From NCBI RefSeq assembly GCF_004010195.1, contig NC_057720.1, forward strand, positions 31,906,990-31,926,989: 20,000 nucleotides of DNA, in the 5' to 3' direction. The position numbers were made by a program, and so were the translations under genes. Under the pieces are notes generated by a model, which was given only the letters and a program-made list of their open reading frames with translations, was not told where the DNA came from and did not search any database. Positions 10,399-20,000 of the stretch are shown here, one piece after another; position 1 is the stretch's first letter, and the number at the start of each line of letters is the position of its first letter. The stretch comes from Chiloscyllium plagiosum. Lineage: Eukaryota.

Positions 10399-11167
10399 AA
10401 TATAAATGAGTCCTGTGCTAGTTATAGGAATCCATTTTGTGAAATGGGTTTGCACCAATACCTGATTCCCCATGTGACAAGTATTACCGACCAATCATGG
10501 CACTAGTATCTTTGAAACTGATCATTGGCTTCACCCACGTTTGGCTACTGGTTTGTCCTATTAGCTGGCTAACTTCTGTGCCTTCTCCTTGAAAAGTTTC
10601 TCTGTTGTACAATTGATTTATAAAGTTTTGTTAGGCCTGTCGTTGGTGCACTATGTTGGGAACATGTTTCATCCTGGGAAAAATTAACAGGAGCCTATTT
10701 CATGGAGTCAGTGCCACTCTCCTGACACTGCAGTTCATTACCTCTACTGCTCTGTGGAAGACTGAGGGAGTGAAGTGATGGTCTTTCGGGTCCTCTCCAT
10801 GATATCCTTTCAACATTGCAGCCACATCTTTGGAACTATACTTCTGGCATTGACATCAGAGACATCTTAATGTTATAGGTTGCTGAAGAGTTATAGTGTG
10901 TAGTAGAAACCAAGCTTCCAGTTTTATGCTTAGTTAGTTTCATTGTGCGTTTTTGGTTTTAGTAATTAGCCTGACCATTCATAAAGTATGGAGTGTGAAA
11001 GCGGTCAGGACTGCTACTCCAGATTGCCATCTAGGGAGCTGAAATGAATAGTGCACATGTTTGTAAAGCTGAAGAAAAATTTGATCTTGGCTAGATGAGC
11101 CTGGGTAATTGAATGCCTGATCACCTTGTACATTCTGAAGAATAAATGACAGAGGACAAAGTTGAAA

Positions 11168-11265
11168 GAAAGAACTTGCCTATCATGCATCCCAAAATAC
11201 TTCACAGCCAATGTAACTTTTCTGAATATTAGCCACCAGTACAATGTAGGGAAAGCGTGGCTACT
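11168..11265 (-). mobile_element. Old DeuSINE-like tail fragment
   Basis: catcccaaaatacttcacagccaatg...aatgtagggaaagcgtggc resembles the recalled tail; short and diverged. Confidence 0.4.
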
Positions 11266-11592
11266 CTAATAGACTCAAACTCCACATTGAGTTTAGTCAT
11301 GGGCATGTTTATGGGGAATGTGTGAACCGAAAGCAGTGTTTTCTCCAAACCTCTGAGCAGAATGCTTTGACTAATGTTGACTTGGATCTATAGTGGCTGA
11401 GAGAAGTTGTGTGTGAAGATAAGGGGATTTTAAATAGAGCATTGACACTTTTTCAACAAACCATATGTTCAGCAGAGAAAAGTTGATAAGATGAAAGTGT
11501 CCAATGACTCAATGAAATTGAGGAAGTCAAACTGTAAACTATTCCAAACATTGACAGTTCTTTTGGATAAAGGTAAAAAGAGGTAAAAACTG

Positions 11593-11642
11593 TCCTCGGA
11601 TGCTGTCTGAATTGCTGTGCTCTTCCAGCACCACTGATCCAG
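11593..11642 (+). mobile_element. Very short Penelope-like terminal repeat fragment
   Basis: tcctcggatgctgtctgaattgctgtgctcttccagcaccac matches 5963-6004. Confidence 0.65.
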
Positions 11643-11769
11643 TTCTTTTGGATATACAGTCCTTAACATTCAAAAAAATGAACCAGGCAACCAGTGTGTT
11701 CAAATATATTATTTTCTTTGGAATTATACAGCCCATTTTAATAAGATGAATCATCTGGTCTGTCCTCAG

Positions 11770-11901
11770 AGTATTGTGAAGACCCGAGGCTTCCATGAAC
11801 TTTCTGACCTTGCCTTGCTTGCTATTCTGCAGAGCGACATGCTGACTATCGATGAACCGGATTTAATTAACTTTGTCAGAGAATGGGCTCATGTTAACTC
11901 A
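11770..11901 (+). CDS. BTBD19: BTBD19-like internal coding exon (132 nt, phase 0/0), SIVKTRGFHELSDLALLAILQSDMLTIDEPDLINFVREWAHVNS, BACK domain
   Basis: Acceptor tctgtcctcag| and donor |gtaagt; BACK signature F.EL....L..IL.SD.L..DE..L......W; resembles human EALRTRGFLELSAAALLPLLRSDKLCVDEAELVRAARSWARVGA as recalled. Confidence 0.93.
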
Positions 11902-12766
11902 GTAAGTCTAGACGTGTGAAATCTGGCTTAAATCCATTGATACCATCACTAAATTGTGTCCTGTGAAAATAAATCTGTGTATTATAGATCTAGTGTGTGA
12001 GATTCAAATCTAAATTACTGTACTTTTTTATATGTGTATATTTTCACAACGTAAACTAAAATTAGTGCAAGGGTTAAAGGGAGCACGTTTCAAAGTGTTA
12101 ACATCTGAATGCATTTATCTGAACTTTTCAGAGAGAAGTGTGAAACTCTAATCCATCAGATACTTATGTACTTGTACAAAATTACTATATAGAGTGGGGA
12201 GTTAAACATATGGTTCGCATTCTGCTGTCCCAAGTCTCCTCGACACGCCTTCTATTAGGTAACAAGAACCTTGTTTTTTAAATATCATTTGTAATATTGG
12301 AATACCTTTCTCCTGACATCATACTGTCACTGCTCTCCCCATTTCCACGAGCACAAAACTGACACTCGGTCAGCAATGGTCGGAGACAGAACTGGTTGAG
12401 GGGGCGAGGGGACAGAGTGACCAGAAACAATAGGGTAAGTGGTTAGAATTCCAAGGGGAAAGAGTTCAAGGGATTGAACCACAGAGGAAGAATGAGGAAG
12501 TGGTAGTGGGGTGTTGGAGTGTGGTAGTTCATTGTTGCTGGGGGATCAGGATAAAGGGAGCAAAGATTGAGGTGACAGGGGACTGGTGTTGGGGAAGGAT
12601 TGACAGGGAGAGCATAGTGGGACTAGGGCATATCAGTGAGTAGGAGACTGGTGAACAAATGTTAGGAGATGGCCTGGAGGTTTTAGGCTTGGAATTAGGG
12701 CTTGGGAATGGGGTCTGAAGAGAAAGGAGGAGGTTAAGGAATGGGATTTAAGAAACTGAAGCAAGG

Positions 12767-13083
12767 GTCATAGAATCATAGAGATGTCCAACCCGTCCAT
12801 GCCGACCAGATATCCCAACCCAATCTAGTCCCACCTGCCAGCACCTGGCCCATATCCCTCCAAACTCTTCCTATTCATGTACACATCCAAATGCCTTTTA
12901 AATGTTGCAATTGTACCAGCCTCCACCACTTTTTCTGGTAGCTCATTCCATACACGTACCACCGTCTGCATGAAAAGGTAGCCCCTTAGGTCTCGTTTTT
13001 ATCTTTCCCCTCTCACCTAAACCTATGCCGTCTAGTTCTGGAACTCCCCCAACCCAGGGAAAAGAATTTATCTATTTATCCAT
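12767..13083 (-). mobile_element. CR1-type LINE 3' end
   Basis: Closely similar to 17007-17335; tail repeat (g/a)tcataga. Confidence 0.88.
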
Positions 13084-13289
13084 ACGTGCCCCTAAGGAAG
13101 TCAGAGGAAAACAATGTATCATGCAGTTTGAAGTTCAGTAGATGTAGAAGAGAGGACTGGGAAATGGGATGGGATTGTGTGCGCATAGGACTCTACTCCT
13201 TTCAGAGAATTGAGTTCAGCTGCAATGTAGTGAGTCAAAGTGGTGCCTTACTTGAACTGATGCTGCTAGTTGCTCACAATATTATTAAT

Positions 13290-13393
13290 CCAGCAGTGTG
13301 GAGATAGGCTCTTTGGCCCCAACTGGTCCATGCTGACCAAAATGTCCATCTACGTTAACCCCATTTCCCTACACTTGGCCTGTATCCTTCTAA
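13290..13393 (-). mobile_element. CR1-type LINE 3' UTR fragment
   Basis: Diverged homology to 17020-17125. Confidence 0.6.
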
Positions 13394-14109
13394 TTATTAA
13401 CTTGCAAGCACCAAGGGCAGTGAAATGAAGAAGGGTTGAGTACAAACTGGCAGTGGCCCACTACTACACTGAAGCCAGGGCAAGCAAATCTACTTCTCCA
13501 TGCTCAACAGAAAGGGTGTTAAATAAACTTTCCTTATCATGTGTTCTTGACTTAAGACCCACAATAAAATGCTTGCAAGATGCATGCTTCACCTAGTTTT
13601 GCACAGGTTTTGAAATAGGATTAGGACCTATCTTTGCATATTTACATAATGTAATTACTGAGTTCAGGCTGCTGCCCGATACACCTAGAAATAGTGAGTG
13701 TCAACATGGTGCCTGCAATGTTGCCAGGGCAGATCATGCACATCTCTAAATTGGCATATGTTGCAACTAGTTTACGTTTTCAAAATAGGCAAAAATGCAA
13801 TCCATTTTCTGCCCGAAATATCTTCAATTGAATGTGATGGAAGCCCAAGTGCCAAGATATTAGATCAAGCCCACTATGTATCCTGAATCTGGCATCACTG
13901 TTTTATAGCATTAAAGCCAGGATAAAAATCCCCTTTGCCCCTCTAAAATCCATGACAGAGTGTAAACTACATTGTAATGTTCTATGATATTTGCAAAATT
14001 GGTAAGGGCAGCCGACTACACCTCCAGGATATCAAGTTAGAAAATGTCTGCTTTGTCCTAGATCAAGCTAAAGGATATCCTCTTTTGCCATTTTTAATTT
14101 CCAACATAG

Positions 14110-14235
14110 GTAGTTCTGGACAAACCGGTACCTGAAATAGCAAAGGACGTTATCTGTGAACTGCGGCTTTTCCTGTTGAGCCCTGAAGAATTGACAATTC
14201 TAGAAGCTGAAAACAAGAAAGATAACCTCATTCCT
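14110..14235 (+). CDS. BTBD19: BTBD19-like internal coding exon (126 nt, phase 0/0), VVLDKPVPEIAKDVICELRLFLLSPEELTILEAENKKDNLIP
   Basis: Acceptor tttttaatttccaacatag| and donor |gtaagt; resembles human AVLERPVAEVAAPVVKELRLALLAPAELSALEEQNRQEPLIP as recalled. Confidence 0.92.
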
Positions 14236-16607
14236 GTAAGTTTATCCTGCAGGTTTGTTAAAGAGATTGCACTTTAATGGGGAGAAAGAACAAACCTTTA
14301 TATTTGTGCTTGTGAAGACATAAATAATGACATAAAACATTTGAAATACATTCATTTGTGATGAGTAAATCACAATAGAAGTGATATAACCACTCTGCCA
14401 ATGACGGACTGTTTTTTGCATCCAGCAAGCAGATGCCACAAGCAGATATTTAAGTGGCTGTATCTTTCATTCCCATCCAGGCTGATAACCCTACAGCCAT
14501 TTAATGTCCATTGAGACATTCATTATCTTGAGTTAAGAGTCCCTCCCAAGTTTCGTTTCACCATCTGGCTGGTCTGCAGCTCTTATAACAAATTTCCTGT
14601 CCCCATGATGCCCGTGGGAGGAGAGGCCACCATTGGGACTACATTCAGCCTCCAATTCATTCCCTGGAGCAGAATGCAAGGTATGTGGGGCAGTGGGATA
14701 TGATCAGATCCAGGCTGGCATGCACTGGCATGAGGGATCTGGACTGGGAAAGGTCAGTGGTAGGCGGGTAAGAGTGGTGTTATTTGGAGTTTGAAATGGC
14801 GTGAGGGTTTGGTGAAATTCCGAGTCAAGACAACAGGTCCACCTCCCCAATTTCCCTCTAGAGCCCAAGCAGTATTATTTGGCGTATTTCCGATTCATCT
14901 CCCACCTCAGCCTCTCACCAATGAGAGAGAAACAAAGGCAGTCCTTAACTGCCTTAACTGACCATTTAAGGAACTTTAATTGGCATAGTTATTGGTCTGT
15001 GGCCTAAATCCTCTCCCTATCCCATTGTTCGTAAAATTGCAGCAGGTACAGGGGCAAGAGGATAAGTGGTAGGAAAGGATCAGTCGCCATCTTATGGTCC
15101 TTTCACTTGCCAATTCCCTGCAGGGGAATGTAAGATTCTACCCAGTATTTCAAAACCAAATTGCAGAATCAATTGAACGAATCTTCAGGTCACCTTTTGC
15201 AAATCACAAGAGCCTTAAAATAAAGTCTCCTCTGAAATGACTCAGTACTTATGCATGAAAAAAGTTGTGTGACATTTTTAATGAAAACTTTGGTCGCAGG
15301 ATAAGCCCTAAGAAACAAGTTATTTCGGGGTGATTGTTTTAAATATGACCATTTATAGAATTGCTCTGTGGAGTCCTGTGCATGTTCCATTTTAGCCTTT
15401 AAACTATGGCTGTTCTGTTTATGTAACAAATACTTGGCAGAGGGTGAAAGCAGATGCCTGCCTGATCAAATTGACAGCTTTACAAAGAGGCAGACAGAGC
15501 TTTAAGAGGCTCCCATGATTAAACCACCCCCCCCCCAGTATAGTAGAAACAAGTTGGCATCACTGAATTAGAGATTAAATAAAAACCCACAGGGATGCCT
15601 GGAAGTGGAATGATGTTTAAAACAAACCTAAATTGTTTTTAAAAAAGATTCAGCTGGGGGTCAGTGCTATCCCTTTTCATTACTAAAGATGCACAAATGC
15701 TTTTCTGCACAAAGCTGAAAATGTGTTGAGTTCCTGATTGAGTTTCCATAAAATTTTAGAAGTATCTGTTCCAGCACAGCATTATAGACCTTTTGCAAGG
15801 AAGATGATTTCTCATGTAATCTGAGCCCAGGGACTGCATTAAGATGACTCACCATGCAGTCCTTGCTAGTGTGTGGGTACCATCCAATCTCTATCACATC
15901 TTTACTTCAGTTTAAAATCACAATCTCTACATAAATTGAAGCAGATCAGTCTGGCTGGTTTTTGTGAGCAGATTATAGTTTGGAAAGTATAACATTTTTG
16001 GACATAGAGTTCAGTACTTGAAAAATTTTCTTTCCATATTTAACTTATTTCCTTTTCACCTTGGCCTCACCAATTCATCCGTGTTCTTCTGACGCTTATC
16101 TTTCTTTCAGTATTTGACTTTTTTCCTTCTCATTCCAAATAGAGGCTTGCACTAAGATATCATCTTATTTCTTTTCCTCAGCCTCTGCAGTGCATGATTC
16201 ATTACTCTTCATGATCTCCAGTTATGTCTCTTAGGCAAAGATTCCACAGGCCCCTTCTCTCTCTGGGTGAACAAATTTCTTCTCTTCTTTGATTCTGCCC
16301 TCCTGACCTTTCTCACCCTATGTAAATACTCCCACCGTGGTCAACCATTTGCATCACATCTCCTCCCCTTAGCTCTGCAGTGCTGATTATAAGCAAGACT
16401 GTCCCTGAACATTGTTTGGAAAGTTTGACGACCCTCAACCTACAGCTTCCAATCCCACTTCATTTTGCATCTATCCTTGGAAAATGCTTGCACACAAATG
16501 CACTAACACACTGCCAACTGGGTATTCATTGGCCTTCAATTTGCTACATTACTCCTGTGACTTCATCCCTCCCAAACATTTATCTTCAATGTCCTTGTCC
16601 CCAGTAA

Positions 16608-16912
16608 AACATAGATGAAAAATGGGAACAGGAGTTGGTCATTCAGCACTTCAAGACTGGTCTGCCATTCAATGCGACCTTGGCTGATCATCTAATTCAG
16701 CACTGTGTTCCTGCTATTTCCCCACACCCTTTGATCCCTTTAGCCATAAGAGCTATACCTAATTGTTCTTGAAAACATTCAGTGTTTTGGTCTCAACTGC
16801 TTTCTTAGGCAAAGAGTTCCACAGGCCCCTTCTCTCTCTGGGTGAACAAATTTCTTCTCTCAGTCCTAAATGGTCTACCCCACATCCTGAAACTGTGACC
16901 CTCGTGCTGGAA
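16608..16912 (-). mobile_element. CR1-type LINE 3' end, older subfamily
   Basis: ggaacaggagttggtcattcag tail and diverged similarity to the reverse complement of 4990-5270. Confidence 0.7.
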
Positions 16913-17006
16913 TTCTATTTGTGAAATATAGCTGCAAAATGACATCTGTGACAGAGAAAATATACAAAAGAGGAAACCTGAGTAGAATGTAAGAAGCAGA
17001 AAGTTA

Positions 17007-17870
17007 TCGAGTCATCGAGATGTACAGCACGGAAATAGACCCTTTGGTCCAACCCGTCCATGCCGACCAGATATCCCAACCCAATCTAGTCCCACCTGCC
17101 AGCACCCGTGCATATCCCTCCAAACCCTTCCTATTCATATACCCATCCAAATGCCTTTTAAATGTTGCAATCGTACAAGCCTCCACCACTTCCTCTGGCA
17201 GCTCATTCCATTCACATACTGTGTGAAAAAGTTGTCCCTTATTTCTCTTTTATATCCTTCCCCTCTCACCCTAAACCTATGCCCTCTAGTTCTGAACTCC
17301 CCCACCCAGAGAAATTACTTTGTCTATTTATCCTATCCATGCCTCTCATGATTTTGTAGGCCCCTATAAGGTCACCCCTTAGCCTCCGACGCTCTAGGGA
17401 AAACAGCCCCAACCTATTCAACCTCTCCCTATAGCTCAAATCCTCCAACCCTGGCAACATCCTTGCCAATCTTTTCTGAACCCTTTCAAGTTTCACAACA
17501 TCCTTCCGATAGGTAGGAAACCAGAATTCCAAAAGTGGCTTAACCAATGCCCTGTAGAGCCGCAACATGACCTCCTAACTCCTGTACTGAATACTCTGAC
17601 CAATAAAGGAAAGCATACCAAACGCCTCCTTCACTATCCTATCTACCTGTGACTCTACTTTCAAGGAGCTATGGACCTGCACTCCAAGGTCTCTTTGTTC
17701 AGCAATACTCCCTAGGACCTTACCATTAAGTGTATAAGTCCTGCTCTGATTTGCTTTCCCAAAATGCAGCACCTCTCATTTATCTAAATTAAATTCCACC
17801 TGCCACTGCTCAGCCCATTGGATCATCTGATCAAGATCCCGTTGTAATCTGAGGTAACCTTATTCACTGT
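17007..17870 (-). mobile_element. CR1-type LINE, 5'-truncated ORF2 C-terminus plus 3' UTR
   Basis: ORFs 17575-17772 and 17266-17568 give LHFG...RDLGVQVHSSLK and LERVQKR...YRERLNRLGLFSLERRRLRGDLI. Confidence 0.92.
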
Positions 17871-18007
17871 TAGGGGGAACCTGAAAATTTTGTTTTACAG
17901 GGAAGACCTGTGTACATTGGATCAACAGATGGTCATCATTATGAAGCTGTAGTCTATCTAACTTGTTTATTAAGACAGTGATAGACAAGCATGACAAAAC
18001 TTATAGT

Positions 18008-18138
18008 TCTGAGGAAGGGTCACTCAACCTGAAATGTTAACTGATTTCTCTCCACAGAAGCGGCCAGACCTGCTGAGCTTTTTCAGCAATTTCTGTTTTT
18101 ATTTCTGATTTACATCATCCGCAGTTCTTTCGGTTTTT
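18008..18138 (+). mobile_element. Short Penelope-like terminal repeat insertion
   Basis: Same subfamily as 419-514; ttatagt is duplicated at 18001-18007 and 18148-18154 (imperfect TSD). Confidence 0.75.
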
Positions 18139-18339
18139 ATGAAACTTTTATAGTAACTGTTGAATGCTCATGATCCCAGTGTTAGTATCAGCCAACTGTA
18201 TGTTTATGTAACATAAAAGATTGCACTACTGATGCAAAAGTCAGTAGAGGGAATGTGACCTAATAGTGTTAATTGACAATTCTACTCAGATTTTCATACA
18301 TTATAACAAAATCAATGAGCATCAAAGCTCAGACTCTCC

Positions 18340-18560
18340 ACTGGTTGGAGTCATAACTAGCAGATAGGAAGTTGTGGTTGTTGGAGATCAGTTATTACAG
18401 CTTCATGACACCTCTGCAGGAATTCCTCAGGCAAGAGTCCTAGTCCCAACCATCTTTAGCTGCTTCATCAATGACCTTCTCTCCACTATAAAGTCAGGAG
18501 TGGGGAGGTTTGCTGATGATTGTATGATGTTCAGGACTGTTCATGACTCCTAAAATACTG
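18340..18560 (+). mobile_element. CR1/L2-clade LINE RT core fragment
   Basis: Reads GIPQARVLVPTIFSCFINDL...GRFADDC (RT motifs 4-5). Confidence 0.8.
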
Positions 18561-19364
18561 AGGAGAAAGTGAGGTCTGCAGATGCTGGAGATCAGAGATG
18601 GAAATGTGTTGCTGGAAAAGCGCAGCAGGTCAGGCAGCATCTAGGGAACAGGAGAATCGACGTTTCGGGCATTAGCCCTTCTTCAGAAATGAGGAAAGTT
18701 GGTCCAGCAGGCTAAGATAAAAGATAGGGAGGAGGGACTTGGGGGAGGGGCGTCGGAAATGTGATAGGTGGAAAGAGGTCAAGGTGAGGGTAATAGGTCA
18801 GACTGGGGTGGGGGCGGAGAGGTCGGGAAGAAGATTGCAGGTTAGGAAGGCGGTGCTGAATTCGATGGATTTGACTGAGACAAGGTGGGGGGAGGGGAAA
18901 TGAGGAAACTGGTGAAACCCGAGTTCATCCCTTGTGGTTGGAGAGTTCCTAGCCGGAAGATGAGGCGTTCTTCATCCAACCGTCGTTTCGCTGTGGTCTG
19001 ACGATGGAGGAATCCAAAGACCTGCATATCCTTGGTGGAGGGGGAGGGGGAATTGAAATGTTGAGCCACAGGGCGGTTGGGTTGGTGGGTCTGGGTGTCC
19101 CAGAGGTGTTCTCTGAAACGCTCCGCAAGTAGGCGGCCTGTCACCCCAATATAGAGGAGGCCACATCGGGTACAGAGGATGCAATAGATGATATGTGTGG
19201 AGGTACAGGTGAATCTGAGGCGGATATGGAAGTTTCCTTTGGGGCCTTGGAGGGAGGTGAGGGCGCAAGTCTTGCACCTCCTGCGGTGGCAGGGGAAGGT
19301 GCCGGGAGTGGAGGTTGGGTGGGTGGGGGGTGTGGATCTGACGAGGGAGTCACGGAGGGAGTGG
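18560..19364 (-). mobile_element. Penelope-like element, 5'-truncated: GIY-YIG endonuclease end plus 3' terminal repeat
   Basis: ORF 18842-19369 has CxxxxCxxC, then IIY-CxxC-YIG.T...ERFREH...VAQHF...E, the PLE GIY-YIG signature. The Cys-rich linker suggests a Neptune-like clade. Confidence 0.9.
18842..19364 (-). pseudogene. Truncated PLE GIY-YIG endonuclease reading frame (no RT domain, no native start)
   Basis: Open for about 174 codons; the nominal start lies in flanking CR1 sequence. Confidence 0.8.
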
Positions 19365-19715
19365 GCCAATGCGTGGCAGATGCTGGATAATGTGGATCAA
19401 TGTGAGATTATCCATTTTGGTAACATAAATAGGAAGGTAGATTATTATGTGAGTTGAGAGAGACCTGAGTGTCCTTGTAAGTGCGGAGGTGCAGCAGGCA
19501 GTAAAGAAGCCAAACTATGTTGGCCATCACAGCGAGAGGATTCCAGTACAGGAACAAGGATGTCTTTCTGCAAGTACATTGGGACATTGGTAAGGCTACA
19601 CCTGGAATATTGTGTTCATTTTTGGTCTCCTCATCTGAGGAAGGATGTTTTGCCATAGAGAGAGTGCAGCGAAGGTTTACTAAGTTGATTCCTGGGATGG
19701 CAGGACTGACTTATG
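19359..19715 (+). mobile_element. CR1-type LINE ORF2 fragment
   Basis: EWANAWQM..NVDQCEIIHFG and AIERVQRRFTKLIPGMAGLTY. Confidence 0.85.
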
Positions 19716-19761
19716 GAAAAAGTTTACAAGTCCGTTATTAAGACTAGTCTTTCCTCTAGTC

Positions 19762-20000
19762 ATAAGGAGAGACTGGATAGGGTAGGACCTTTTTTCCCTG
19801 GAGAATGGGAGGCTAAGAGGAGAGTATACACAAGTTTATAAAATCATGGATAAGGTGAATAGCCAAGGATAGTGGAGTCTAAAACTAGAGGGCATAGATT
19901 TAAGGTGAGAGGGGAAAGCTTTAAAAGGGACCTGAGGGGCAACGTTTTCACGCAGAGTGGTGCATGTATGGAATGTGCTGCCAGAAGAAGTGGTGGAGGC
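19762..20000 (+). mobile_element. CR1-type LINE ORF2 C-terminal fragment, same subfamily as 1-288
   Basis: Similar to 1-260 and to the reverse complement of 17170-17430. Confidence 0.82.

Noticed and set aside
12385..12760. G-rich purine tract as a functional G-quadruplex or coding region
   Set aside because: Irregular low-complexity sequence with widely spaced G-runs; no ORF or periodicity.
14580..15145. Degenerate GC-richer repeat-like segment
   Set aside because: Probably an old interspersed repeat, but termini and family could not be established.
18842..19369. Domesticated or stand-alone GIY-YIG nuclease gene
   Set aside because: 5'-truncated, start codon borrowed from flanking CR1, followed by the element's own terminal repeat; the open frame is explained by young age.
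18972..19457. Overlapping Pro/Gly-rich ORFs
   Set aside because: Alternative frames of the G/C-skewed Penelope-like element.

Overview
Eukaryotic, repeat-rich intronic DNA, most likely from a cartilaginous fish (shark), judged from HE1-like V-SINEs, CR1 and L2 LINE fragments and Penelope-like elements. Three short coding exons of a BTBD19-like BTB/BACK gene lie on the + strand (5394-5462, 11770-11901, 14110-14235); the first and last exons were not found in the window. Almost everything else is decayed transposon sequence, and nearly all ORFs in the supplied track are TE-derived or spurious. The most notable structures are (i) a 337-bp, ~98% identical local inverted duplication bracketing the 69-nt exon, (ii) several Penelope-like terminal-repeat copies carrying a hammerhead-ribozyme-like core with a conserved stem and variable loop, (iii) a 98-bp-arm palindromic Penelope-derived insertion with a 14-bp target-site duplication, and (iv) a second small templated local duplication. 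I see no convincing novel multi-gene system. All family assignments are from recall, not database searches.
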